Virus record (IMG/VR): IMGVR_UViG_3300038696_000188
Span: 1-61,651 of that record
Strand: one strand, 5' to 3'
Origin: a virus
Taxonomy: Duplodnaviria; Caudoviricetes
Length of the DNA: 61,651 nucleotides
Shown here piece after piece: positions 1 through 7,952 of the stretch. The position numbers and the translations under genes are program-made. The notes beneath the pieces are model-generated. The model made no database searches and was not told the origin of the DNA. It worked only from the letters and a program-made list of their open reading frames with translations. Numbering within the stretch: the first letter of the stretch is position 1; each line of letters opens with the position of its first letter.

Positions 1-83
1 TTCTCGACCCAGCGACCTCAGCACTTGAGATTGGCAGGGAAGCCTCTCGAGTGCTGACGGAGGTGGGACGGCGTAACGCCTGA
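1..83 (+). CDS. 3' end of a partial hypothetical protein
   Basis: Open frame LDPATSALEIGREASRVLTEVGRRNA ends in TGA at 81-83 and is followed by a hairpin at 124-164. Confidence 0.4.
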   Translation, partial: LDPATSALEIGREASRVLTEVGRRNA

Positions 84-123
84 CCACCCGAAAACTAGCA
101 CCGTCCATGCTAGTTGGGATATC

Positions 124-164
124 GGTGAGGGCAGGCTTTTATACCTTTCGTGCCTGCCCTCACC
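124..164. terminator. Stem-loop, terminator-like
   Basis: 13-bp inverted repeat GGTGAGGGCAGGC (124-136) / GCCTGCCCTCACC (152-164). Confidence 0.6.
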
Positions 165-172
165 ACTCCCCC

Positions 173-213
173 GACACACCGATTTGACAAATGTCACATA
201 TCCAATATAGACT
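173..213 (+). promoter_or_regulatory. Early promoter, type example (GACAC-N6-TTGACA-N18-TAGACT)
   Basis: Same architecture recurs with -35 at 762, 1099, 1731, 2073, 2412, 2619, 2963, 3363, 3693, 4325, 5010, 8318 (+) and 7147, 7532, 9479, 10025, 10471 (-), spacer 17-18 nt. Confidence 0.85.
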
Positions 214-260
214 TAGTACATCGAGCAAGACCGCTCGATAAACAACTAGGAGGCTAGCAA

Positions 261-581
261 ATGGCTATCACCGTTACCACCACCAGCACCACCACCACCA
301 ACGCTATCGAGTTGGACACCGAGGCTCGCACCCTGGTGAACGAGTTGCGGACACTCCGCGACCAGTCCACCGCCATCGAGAAGCAGAAGTCGGCAATCCG
401 CGACCAGCTTCTCGAGACCCTGGGCGACGCCGACGTCGGACTCGTGGACGGCGTTGTGCGACTCCGCCAGCGTGACGAGGTTCGCCGTAGCGTGAGCTAC
501 GCTGAGCTTCTGGCGCTGTTCCCCGAGGCGTATGAGGCGGTCATCAGGGAGAACACCTGTAAGAAGCTCGACATCAAGTAG
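261..581 (+). CDS. Hypothetical protein resembling the C-terminal region of YqaJ-type viral recombinases
   Basis: RBS AGGAGG, own promoter, N-terminal coiled coil then LGDADVGLVDG...LALFPEAYE. Confidence 0.8.
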   Translation: MAITVTTTSTTTTNAIELDTEARTLVNELRTLRDQSTAIEKQKSAIRDQLLETLGDADVGLVDGVVRLRQRDEVRRSVSYAELLALFPEAYEAVIRENTCKKLDIK

Positions 582-593
582 GGCTCCTGAGCG

Positions 594-613
594 CCCCCCT
601 CTTCGGAGGGGGG
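594..613 (+). terminator. Hairpin with UUCG tetraloop
   Basis: CCCCCCTC-TTCG-GAGGGGGG just after the 261..581 stop. Confidence 0.7.
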
Positions 614-664
614 TTGCTCGCACCCCTAGGGGGTAAAAATTTCAGGGAACGGAAGGACGAAAAA

Positions 665-760
665 ATGACAACTATTTATATTCACTGCTGGCGTTGTGGC
701 GAGGCTATGGCTATCGCGGAGCGCGACTACACACACGGGAAAGCCTGCGGAAAGTGTTGA
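665..760 (+). CDS. 31-aa CxxC...CxxC zinc-ribbon microprotein
   Basis: RBS GAAGGA; MTTIYIHCWRCGEAMAIAERDYTHGKACGKC (translated by hand). Confidence 0.65.
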   Translation: MTTIYIHCWRCGEAMAIAERDYTHGKACGKC

Positions 761-818
761 TTTGACTTTTTGTATTTTGTAGTTTAGACTAAATACATCA
801 CAACGAAAGGGGTTCACA

Positions 819-1043
819 ATGAGCCAGAACAACATCACGGAGTACGAACTGGAAGAACGGTTCGACGACTACCTCAACAACTTCAACACTGTCTGTGTGG
901 GACTTGTCGGGGAGTCAATCACTATCCCCGCCTCACGAGTCGTGAAGCTTGCTGACCCCACGGCGTACCGCACGGGGCTGGCGAACTACGCGGACTACCT
1001 GGAGCGCGACTTCGGTATCACCACTTGGGGCTACACAAGCTAA
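819..1043 (+). CDS. Hypothetical phage protein
   Basis: Own promoter (762-790), leader CAACGAAAGG; KLADPTAYRTG motif. Confidence 0.8.
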   Translation: MSQNNITEYELEERFDDYLNNFNTVCVGLVGESITIPASRVVKLADPTAYRTGLANYADYLERDFGITTWGYTS

Positions 1044-1155
1044 GCGGGCACGGCTCGCCCCCTCAGGGGGGCGGGCTGCTTGCGTGGCAAGAGTCGATTT
1101 GACTTTTTGTATTCTGTAGTTTAGACTTTTATTACCAACAACGAAGGGAAGCATT

Positions 1156-1389
1156 ATGAATGAACGAGTAACTTCTGTAACCTACATTTGGAAAGACTCT
1201 GATGTCCCTGGGGACACGGAAGCCCAAGTCGTTATCCTCAACGACAGCGACAAGTATGACCTGATGTCTGCGGACGATAGCTTTGATGAGCGTATTTGGT
1301 TCTACTTCCAAGACGAGGCTGAGTTCCAACGAGCCTTTGACCCCACGGACGATGAGTTCGAGTTTGTGCTCACGGGAGGGCTGAGCTGA
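1156..1389 (+). CDS. Small acidic hypothetical protein
   Basis: Own promoter (1099-1127), RBS GAAGGGA. Confidence 0.8.
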   Translation: MNERVTSVTYIWKDSDVPGDTEAQVVILNDSDKYDLMSADDSFDERIWFYFQDEAEFQRAFDPTDDEFEFVLTGGLS

Positions 1390-1607
1390 TGGACGAAATA
1401 AAAAACGTGAAGGACGTGATGTTCGTGGGAGACTACTTCACGCTCATTACAAGCATACAGTTGGACGAAAGCCTGCGCACGGACGAGGACAAGGACGACG
1501 ACGATTTTGCCGTACGCCTAGCCTCTGTGTGGCTCGCGGAGTTCTACGGCTGGGACGTACTGGAAGCCTCTAACGAGGTTGGCGTGGTCGAGAGAACTCC
1601 CGAATAG
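1389..1607 (+). CDS. Small acidic hypothetical protein
   Basis: TGATG overlap with the previous gene; RBS GGAGG. Confidence 0.8.
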   Translation: MDEIKNVKDVMFVGDYFTLITSIQLDESLRTDEDKDDDDFAVRLASVWLAEFYGWDVLEASNEVGVVERTPE

Positions 1608-1790
1608 GGGTAAAAATATCACGGTACTCTGGTAGTACCCGCACGGGGTCGATGCTATCCCCCGTGCGATGAGCGGTTGCTACCCCGCGCACTTCCCCCC
1701 ACTTCCCCTGTGGGGGTGAGGTGTGTCGATTTGACAAGTGTCAAGTGTCAATGCTAAACTAAATATATCAACCCAACGAAAGGACAAAAA

Positions 1791-1982
1791 ATGACTTACA
1801 AATACAACCCCACACTGCGTGACCTGCGTGACGCTTATTTCGTGGCTCACGGCGCTAGCTCTGACTCCCTGCTTATCGGGGTGCTATTTGCTCATCTACC
1901 TGCCGACACGGTTGAGCGCTTGTATGTTCAGGCTCTTGATGTAGTCCGCGAGGACTTGGAAGCGCTGGATATCTCAGCGTAA
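1791..1982 (+). CDS. Hypothetical protein
   Basis: Promoter 1731-1760, CAACGAAAGGA leader, terminator at about 1985-2024. Confidence 0.8.
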   Translation: MTYKYNPTLRDLRDAYFVAHGASSDSLLIGVLFAHLPADTVERLYVQALDVVREDLEALDISA

Positions 1983-2133
1983 CCAAAAAAAAGGAGCGCC
2001 CCCCCACGGGGGCGTTTCTTTTTTGTCTGCCCTAAAATTTTTACCCCCCCGACAACATAGCGACACGCCGATTTGACTTTTTAGAGTGTGTACCCTAAAC
2101 TATATACATAAGCACAACAACCAGGAGGACACA

Positions 2134-2379
2134 GTGAACAACACAATCACTTGCGGACACTGCGACACCGCGATTGCTGACCAGGAAGTCTACGCTGACG
2201 ATTCTGGTGAGTACCACCAGGATTGCCAGGACGCCTACAACGAGCAGGAACAGCGCACCTGGGGCGCCCAGTACCGCGCCACCGCCAAGCCCGCACAGGA
2301 CGACCACGGCTACGATTGGGGTGACCCCAAGAACAGCGCCTACATCGAGTGGGCGACAGACCAAGCGGACGCCCGATAG
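2134..2379 (+). CDS. Hypothetical protein with CxxC...HxxC metal-binding motif
   Basis: GTG start after AGGAGG (start re-called from 2086); promoter 2073-2101. Confidence 0.75.
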   Translation: MNNTITCGHCDTAIADQEVYADDSGEYHQDCQDAYNEQEQRTWGAQYRATAKPAQDDHGYDWGDPKNSAYIEWATDQADAR

Positions 2380-2468
2380 AACACGGGGGGCGCAAGCCCC
2401 CCCACACCGATTTGACAAGTGTCAGATGTCAATGCTAAACTATATACATCACCAGGAAAGGGGACAAA

Positions 2469-2579
2469 ATGGAAAATCCATTTGACAATCCAGACATCAT
2501 CAACCAGGACGCCATCGACGCGATGGACGACGACACCGTCAAGACGGTGTGGGAAATCCTGACTAGGGCGGGCTACTAG
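2469..2579 (+). CDS. 36-aa acidic microprotein
   Basis: Promoter 2412-2441, RBS GAAAGG; MENPFDNPDIINQDAIDAMDDDTVKTVWEILTRAGY; hairpin follows. Confidence 0.75.
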   Translation: MENPFDNPDIINQDAIDAMDDDTVKTVWEILTRAGY

Positions 2580-2681
2580 CCCACGGGGGGCGCAAGCCCC
2601 CCAACCCCCAAACCCGATTTGACTTTTAGAATTTTATCCATTAGACTTGATACATAACCACCGAATGAAAGGAAGTGGCTT

Positions 2682-2897
2682 ATGTCAGGATATGTTGTCC
2701 TCACACCCCGCGGGATTCTCGCACAATCGAGCAAGAGGGAACCCCTAGTGTTCGACACGCTACGCACCGCCCAGACCTATGTCTGGGGCAAGGACTACGA
2801 TGGTCGCAACGCGTGGTTGATATACCCCACACCCCCCAACACCGTGGACAATGGTCGCCTAGTGACCCCCACAGACTTGATGCGACTAGTTCCCTAG
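2682..2897 (+). CDS. Hypothetical protein
   Basis: Promoter 2619-2647, RBS GAAAGGA. Confidence 0.7.
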   Translation: MSGYVVLTPRGILAQSSKREPLVFDTLRTAQTYVWGKDYDGRNAWLIYPTPPNTVDNGRLVTPTDLMRLVP

Positions 2898-3016
2898 TCG
2901 CAACAGACTAGCCCCCCTACGCACTCGCTGCTAGGGGGGTTAGTTGTTTGTACAATACCGATTTGACAATGTCGGTGGTCGTCAGTAGACTAGGTACAAC
3001 AACGAAAGGACACACA

Positions 3017-3241
3017 ATGAGCAACTATCCTGAGGGCGTCACGGGCAACGAGTGGCAAATTACTGGTGCGAGTGGACACGGGTCAGATACGCAAGAAGTA
3101 CAGTGCGGTAACGAGGATTGCGACGCTTTTGAGCGCCTAGAAGAAGTAGAGGGCGAAACAACCCTATGGGAAGACGAGGGGCTTTTCGAGTGGGTGTGCC
3201 TCACTTGTGGAACCCCCGCCAGTGCGGACTACACACCCTAG
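3017..3241 (+). CDS. Acidic zinc-ribbon protein, YPEGVTGNE family copy 1
   Basis: Promoter 2963-2991; ATG after CAACGAAAGGA; CxxxxC and WxCxxC. Confidence 0.8.
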   Translation: MSNYPEGVTGNEWQITGASGHGSDTQEVQCGNEDCDAFERLEEVEGETTLWEDEGLFEWVCLTCGTPASADYTP

Positions 3242-3420
3242 CGACAACCCACACCCCCGCTAGACGGGGCGACACGCTCGACGAGGACTAGCACGGGGGG
3301 CGCAAGCCCCCCAACCCCCTAGGGGGTAAAAATTTGGAGGAATATAGCCAAGACACACCGATTTGACAATGTCGTATGTCTGATATAGACTGTAAACATC
3401 ACCCCAACGAAAGGAACCTA

Positions 3421-3678
3421 ATGTCTGGATACTACCCCGAGGGCGTTACAGGAAATGAATTGGCGATTGCTGGACCCGACAGCGAGAAGGAAGCCACACG
3501 CGAGACTTGGTGCCGAAACCGAGAGTGCGAGGATTACACCGTCCCCCAAGAAATCGAGGGCGATGAGTGGACACACGGCGGTGAAGTCTTTTTCGATTGG
3601 ACTTGCCCCGAGTGTTCCAAGTGGCACCAGGACGAAGACGGCTACGTCGACCCTATGGGCTACCACCCCGACCTATGA
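3421..3678 (+). CDS. Acidic zinc-ribbon protein, YPEGVTGNE family copy 2
   Basis: Promoter 3363-3391; ATG after CAACGAAAGGA; paralogue of 3017. Confidence 0.8.
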   Translation: MSGYYPEGVTGNELAIAGPDSEKEATRETWCRNRECEDYTVPQEIEGDEWTHGGEVFFDWTCPECSKWHQDEDGYVDPMGYHPDL

Positions 3679-3748
3679 GGGGACAAGCCGATTTGACATT
3701 CTAAAGTATCTACACTAAACTAGGTATATCACAACGAAGGGACACACA

Positions 3749-3877
3749 ATGCAAATCATCGCCACCTACCCCGACTTCAAGACCGTCACCGTATCGGTAG
3801 ACCCCTGGGACGCCGACAGAGTGACAGAATCGTTTATAGAACAGGGAGTACTGTTCGTCACAACTAAAGAGGATTAG
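3749..3877 (+). CDS. 42-aa microprotein
   Basis: Promoter 3693-3721, leader CAACGAAGGGA, hairpin after stop; MQIIATYPDFKTVTVSVDPWDADRVTESFIEQGVLFVTTKED. Confidence 0.75.
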   Translation: MQIIATYPDFKTVTVSVDPWDADRVTESFIEQGVLFVTTKED

Positions 3878-3945
3878 GACACGGGGGGCGCAAGCCCCCC
3901 ACGCCCTGGGGTAAAAATCTCAGGGAACTACGAAAGGACAGAACA

Positions 3946-4107
3946 ATGGGAACCTACCTAAAATATGTATTCATCACCGCACTCACCACAGGGATATTCC
4001 TATCCTTCCACGACACCTACTGGACTTACGCCATCTACCCCGCAATGATTGTCTGGGGAATGATTGCCCTGGGTCTAGCGTTAGAGCGGAGAGAACGCGG
4101 AAAGTAG
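3946..4107 (+). CDS. 53-aa membrane microprotein
   Basis: RBS GAAAGGA; two hydrophobic segments and a basic tail. Confidence 0.65.
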   Translation: MGTYLKYVFITALTTGIFLSFHDTYWTYAIYPAMIVWGMIALGLALERRERGK

Positions 4108-4156
4108 CCACACTAGTGTAGTTGCGCTTGCAGGGTTTTTGATGTATACTTTATGT

Positions 4157-4315
4157 ATGACAAAGCATAAAGGAATCGAGAACCCCGAATACGCAAAGGC
4201 TATGGCAGAACTACGCCGTAGTGGCGCTAGTGGAACCCACGCGGACAAGCGAGAGAAGCGTGCCCGAACACGCGGAGCGCAACTACGCCGTGCCGTGCGT
4301 GAGCAACACGCCTAA
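4157..4315 (+). CDS. 52-aa Arg-rich basic peptide (leaderless)
   Basis: TTGCGC-N17-TATACT-N6-ATG; MTKHKGIENPEYAKAMAELRRSGASGTHADKREKRARTRGAQLRRAVREQHA. Confidence 0.7.
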   Translation: MTKHKGIENPEYAKAMAELRRSGASGTHADKREKRARTRGAQLRRAVREQHA

Positions 4316-4381
4316 CACGCCGATTTGACTTTTTAGATTTTATAGTTTAGACTAGAGTAACAACGAACGAAAGGACAAAAA

Positions 4382-4528
4382 ATGCGAGTAACAATTTTAG
4401 ATAACTGCGGAGCAGTCACGCGGTACCTGTTTGACCGAAAGTACTACAGGGCGCTGGGGGATTTCTACTCACGGCTAACCCAAGAAGGAAAAATTAGAAC
4501 CTACACAATCTTCCTCAACGAGGAATAA
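4382..4528 (+). CDS. 48-aa microprotein
   Basis: Promoter 4325-4353, RBS GAAAGGA. Confidence 0.7.
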   Translation: MRVTILDNCGAVTRYLFDRKYYRALGDFYSRLTQEGKIRTYTIFLNEE

Positions 4529-4637
4529 AGAACACCTTCCCTGGTGCGCCCCCCTGACCAACCCCTTTCGATGTGACCCTGGTCGGGGGGGCATTTTCTT
4601 GCCCCTAGGGGTAAAAATATGAGGGTAAACTATAGGT

Positions 4638-4883
4638 ATGTTAGAGCCAGTCATCTTAGACCTAAAAGAACACGACAACCAAACAGGGAACCCCTACACG
4701 GTTGCCATAGTCGATGACCCCAACGATGGAAAGACCAAGTTGGTGACCATCTTTGATGGAGAAGGCGACTACTCCGTACTCTCGCTAGACAAACTTATCG
4801 AAGAAGAGAACATAGACGAGCAAGGCAACGAAAACGCAAAGTTTATTGTCGATTTTATTCTCGCAGCGCTTGTCAAGGGGTAA
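4638..4883 (+). CDS. Acidic hypothetical protein (leaderless)
   Basis: TAAACT-N6-ATG. Confidence 0.7.
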   Translation: MLEPVILDLKEHDNQTGNPYTVAIVDDPNDGKTKLVTIFDGEGDYSVLSLDKLIEEENIDEQGNENAKFIVDFILAALVKG

Positions 4884-5044
4884 AAATTTCAGGGAAGATG
4901 CGCTGCGGCTGCGCAACTTGTAAATAACTTCTTTTGTTTCGTTGAGGTTTTTGGTGCAGGTTTTACCACCGCCACCACCGCCACCACTAGTACCACTGAC
5001 CACTGACACTTGACTTTTACAGGAAGGTGGTATAAACTATTTTT

Positions 5045-5248
5045 ATGGAGAGACAAAAGAAAAGCGAACGCTACGCGGACGAAGCAAGCAAACTCTACGC
5101 AACCATCGGGTTGTCCGTAGAACAAGTTGCAAGTTATCTAAAGATTGACTACCGTACAGCACGCGAGGCTATCCAACTAAGAACACAACTACGTGACCCA
5201 AGCGCACGACTTGTGGGTCGCACAAGACCAGACAGGAGCACAAAGTGA
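5045..5248 (+). CDS. Helix-turn-helix DNA-binding protein (leaderless)
   Basis: LYATIGLSVEQVASYLKIDYRTAREAI HTH pattern; TTGACT-N17-TAAACT-N6-ATG. Confidence 0.7.
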   Translation: MERQKKSERYADEASKLYATIGLSVEQVASYLKIDYRTAREAIQLRTQLRDPSARLVGRTRPDRSTK

Positions 5249-5400
5249 ACCTAAGGAACATTGTATGGACAGCAGTAGTAGCAACTATTGCTGGACTTGC
5301 TGGGCTTATCGTAGCGCTAGTGACTGACCACACGGACATCGTGTTGGCGCTTGCTGGAATTGCGATTGCGTCATCTTTCCTCTCCGCACGGGAGAAGTGA
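5245..5400 (+). CDS. 51-aa two-TM membrane protein
   Basis: GTGA overlap, RBS AGGAG, two hydrophobic helices. Confidence 0.65.
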   Translation: MNLRNIVWTAVVATIAGLAGLIVALVTDHTDIVLALAGIAIASSFLSAREK

Positions 5401-5426
5401 GAATAAACAACTAGAAGGAGAAAAAT

Positions 5427-5822
5427 ATGTGGCTAATGAGTGAAACAGGATTTGTAAGTGCGGTAACGCACTGGGACAACCCCGAAATTATTGTTGTACG
5501 GGCTAGGGACTACGACTCCCTGACCCTTATCGCGGACTTTGCTGACCAGACTGTGAAGCACACCCCCGATAACGACTACCCCGCCCGCGTGGAAGTACCA
5601 CGCACCGTCTTTGCTGAGTGGGTTACCACGCAGATTGAGAAAATGACCTACAGCAACTACAAAGACAGAATGTACAGCACACGGGGGCGTGACTTTACCC
5701 AAGCGCTTAGTGATGTGTGGAGCACAATGCACAAAGTAGAAACAGCACGGTACCCCGAGCAAGAAGAAGAAAAAAAGGCAGAAAATAGGTACCAAGCATT
5801 GTCTTGGTACCGCGGTTACTAA
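5427..5822 (+). CDS. Conserved hypothetical protein
   Basis: RBS AAGGAG; MW...GFVSAV...VRAR...DYP.R pattern; terminator at about 5836-5871. Confidence 0.8.
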   Translation: MWLMSETGFVSAVTHWDNPEIIVVRARDYDSLTLIADFADQTVKHTPDNDYPARVEVPRTVFAEWVTTQIEKMTYSNYKDRMYSTRGRDFTQALSDVWSTMHKVETARYPEQEEEKKAENRYQALSWYRGY

Positions 5823-5937
5823 GCAGTAAGCCTAGAAAAGAGCCCCCCAAGCAGTTGGGGGGTTTCTTTTTGCCCTAGGGGGGTAAAAATTCTAGGTTAT
5901 ACTGTAAAAGCAGTCGTCCAACAAACAAAGGAAAGAT

Positions 5938-6429
5938 ATGACTGATAAAAAGCAAAACCGTATTGCCCGCGATGGCGACGGTGACGGTCTGGTTGAGGAC
6001 GGCACAGTGTTTGAGCGTCCCGAAGGATTTGTCATTGACGCGGTTGATGGTGACGGCGATGGGCTTGTCCAAGATGGAACAGAGTTCGAGCGTCCTGTTG
6101 CGGAGGCAACCGTAGTACCAGAAAAGAAAAAAGCACCTAAGTCTGATGAAGGAAGCGTGGCTTGGTCGCAAGATATGTCTGTTTCTGTATCTAAACTGGT
6201 GTTCGAAAGTTTGTTCGAGCGTAACTCACGCTCTGTCGGGCTAGTACAGATTAGGCTTGTCGAAAAAGGCTATATGTCTGCTGGTTCAGATAGGCGTGGC
6301 TGGTTGAGCACTGGAACAAAGGAGGCGCTAGAGTCCTACGCCAAAGACAAAAGCATTACGGGTGCGTACAACACGGACGCTGTTGTGCGTTCATTGTTTG
6401 AGCGTACACCCGTAACTATCGCTGTCTAG
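5938..6429 (+). CDS. DxDxDG-repeat protein with a peptidoglycan-binding-like C-terminus
   Basis: Two DGDGDGLVxDGTxFERP repeats; SVGLVQIRLVEKGY...GTKEAL resembles PG_binding_1. Confidence 0.6.
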   Translation: MTDKKQNRIARDGDGDGLVEDGTVFERPEGFVIDAVDGDGDGLVQDGTEFERPVAEATVVPEKKKAPKSDEGSVAWSQDMSVSVSKLVFESLFERNSRSVGLVQIRLVEKGYMSAGSDRRGWLSTGTKEALESYAKDKSITGAYNTDAVVRSLFERTPVTIAV

Positions 6430-6531
6430 GATAAAATATATAGTACAACATAAAATCAAAACCCGCTACTTGCTTTACAATAGTAAGTGGCGGGTTTGAT
6501 ATTTTTACCCCCTCTAACCTACGGAGGAATT

Positions 6532-6780
6532 ATGTCTTGGAATAAAACAAAAGATATTGCTGGGCGAATGGTTGCGGTCTTCATCGCCACCGCGCTGGGC
6601 GTTATCGGCACTGGTGCGCTTATTGGCGTGGAAGTTTGGCAAGCAGCGTTGATGGCTGGTATTGGTGGCATAGCCACGGTGCTAGAGGGTCTTAGCCGTG
6701 CGTACCTGAAAGATGGCAACCTAAGCGCCGATGAGATTGACACGGTGTTCGCGAAGTCCGAGTCTGACCTACCAGACTAA
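6532..6780 (+). CDS. Two-TM membrane protein, putative holin
   Basis: ATG after GGAGG; two TM helices and a charged C-terminus. Confidence 0.55.
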   Translation: MSWNKTKDIAGRMVAVFIATALGVIGTGALIGVEVWQAALMAGIGGIATVLEGLSRAYLKDGNLSADEIDTVFAKSESDLPD

Positions 6781-6833
6781 CTAGTACAACAAAAAGCCCC
6801 CTAGCGCTTGCTGGGGGGCTTTCTGCTTTAGGG

Positions 6834-7094
6834 CTAGAGTCCGAATCTCTTCTGTTGCTTTCTGACCTGCCTAGCCGTGAATCGCATATTCTTTGGTGCG
6901 TCGTATGTCTGTCGCTTGGGGCGCTTGATGAGTCGCTTTATCCACCCGAAGAAAAAGTCGTCTACCGCCAAAGCACCCGCGTAGACTAGTTCGTCCATTA
7001 TGGGGCTAGAGTTCCTGCGACGCTCTTTCCTCAGGGTTGCCGTTACGCGCTGGGTAGTCCCAACTAGCATACTGTCTGGTAATCCGTAAGTCAT
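6834..7094 (-). CDS. Basic hypothetical protein
   Basis: Minus-strand promoter TTGACA(7147)-N18-TAGAAT; RBS GAAGGAG; start re-called. Confidence 0.6.
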   Translation of the reverse strand: MTYGLPDSMLVGTTQRVTATLRKERRRNSSPIMDELVYAGALAVDDFFFGWIKRLIKRPKRQTYDAPKNMRFTARQVRKQQKRFGL

Positions 7095-7261
7095 TTTGAC
7101 TCCTTCCGTATGTACTAATTCTAGGGCATAACCCCCACGCTTGTCAAGTCTAAACAACAAAAAAGATTTTATGTAACACCGTCAAATTTTTACCCTCAAC
7201 ACGGTTACTCTCGCGATGGGCAAAAGAAAAGCCCCCCAAGCGGGGGGCTAGTCTTTAGGCG

Positions 7262-7474
7262 CTAGGCGTGGTAGTTGTCCGCGTAGACTTCTTCGCAGTT
7301 GTCGCAGGTTGGGCGCTGTCCGCCCAAGTGCCAAGCCAATTCCTTGATGAGAGTATGACGCTTGGCGTCGTAGTCTGCTTGCGGGATAACGCCCAAGCAG
7401 TAGTCTTCGTGGGCGTCGTCACCCGCGTTGTCGCAGATTTCGTAGTGGACGCTGGTGGTGAGGATTGTGGTCAT
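7262..7474 (-). CDS. Small Cys-containing hypothetical protein
   Basis: Promoter TTGACA(7532)-N17-TATGCT; RBS GAAAGG; CDNC motif. Confidence 0.7.
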   Translation of the reverse strand: MTTILTTSVHYEICDNAGDDAHEDYCLGVIPQADYDAKRHTLIKELAWHLGGQRPTCDNCEEVYADNYHA

Positions 7475-7616
7475 TTTGTACCCCTTTCAGTTGGTATACC
7501 CCAAGCATAAAGCAGATTGTTTCTAATGTCAAATTGCTAACATCTCGGGCGTGTCGGCAGCACGCGCCGGAAATAGCTAAGGCCCCGGTGGTTAGCCGGG
7601 GCCTTCTCGCGGTGCG

Positions 7617-7952
7617 CTACCGGGTGACGTGGTGGGCGGTGTAAAGCCACTCGGGGAAGTCATTCTCCCGCATGTAGTCCTCACCTTCTGTGGTCAGACT
7701 AACGTCTAGGTACTGGTCACAGTGGCACGCTACGGGGGAATCTGTTTCTCCTTCTCCAAAGAGAATGGGGTAGGCGTAAAACCCGGTGTCATCCTCTGCG
7801 GTGCCACCGTGCTCCCACGTCAATCCCCACCGTCGAGCGAATTCCTCGGCGTGCTCTTCGCATGAGTAGTCCATGAAGTCACCGCTATCGTGCCCCACAA
7901 CATATGGGGGCAACAGCTTCTCCGTGGGTGCGGTCATGGTTGAATCTGACAT
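7617..7952 (-). CDS. Acidic hypothetical protein
   Basis: RBS GAAGG; CEEH and CHC motifs; hairpin downstream at about 7580-7604. Confidence 0.7.
   Translation of the reverse strand: MSDSTMTAPTEKLLPPYVVGHDSGDFMDYSCEEHAEEFARRWGLTWEHGGTAEDDTGFYAYPILFGEGETDSPVACHCDQYLDVSLTTEGEDYMRENDFPEWLYTAHHVTR

Larger units (their letters stand above)
2382..3900 (+). terminator. Four identical hairpins CACGGGGGGC-GCAA-GCCCCCC
   Basis: Copies at 2382-2402, 2582-2602, 3292-3312 and 3880-3900, each directly after a TAG; GNRA loop. Confidence 0.8.

Noticed and set aside
1620-1720. Hairpins (GCACGGGG/CCCCGTGC and CCCCCAC/GTGGGGG) as an ncRNA
   Set aside because: Explained adequately as terminator-type stems between cassettes; no promoter or family signature.
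173-4353. Regularly recurring repeats as a CRISPR array
   Set aside because: Repeats are degenerate promoter/terminator elements, spacing is irregular (about 200-600 bp), spacers are ORFs, and there is no cas operon. The Cas4-like gene sits in the recombination module.
4966-5009. CCACCG/CCACTGA short repeats as Chi or iteron sites
   Set aside because: Short low-complexity run with no match to a Chi sequence I can support and no recurrence elsewhere.
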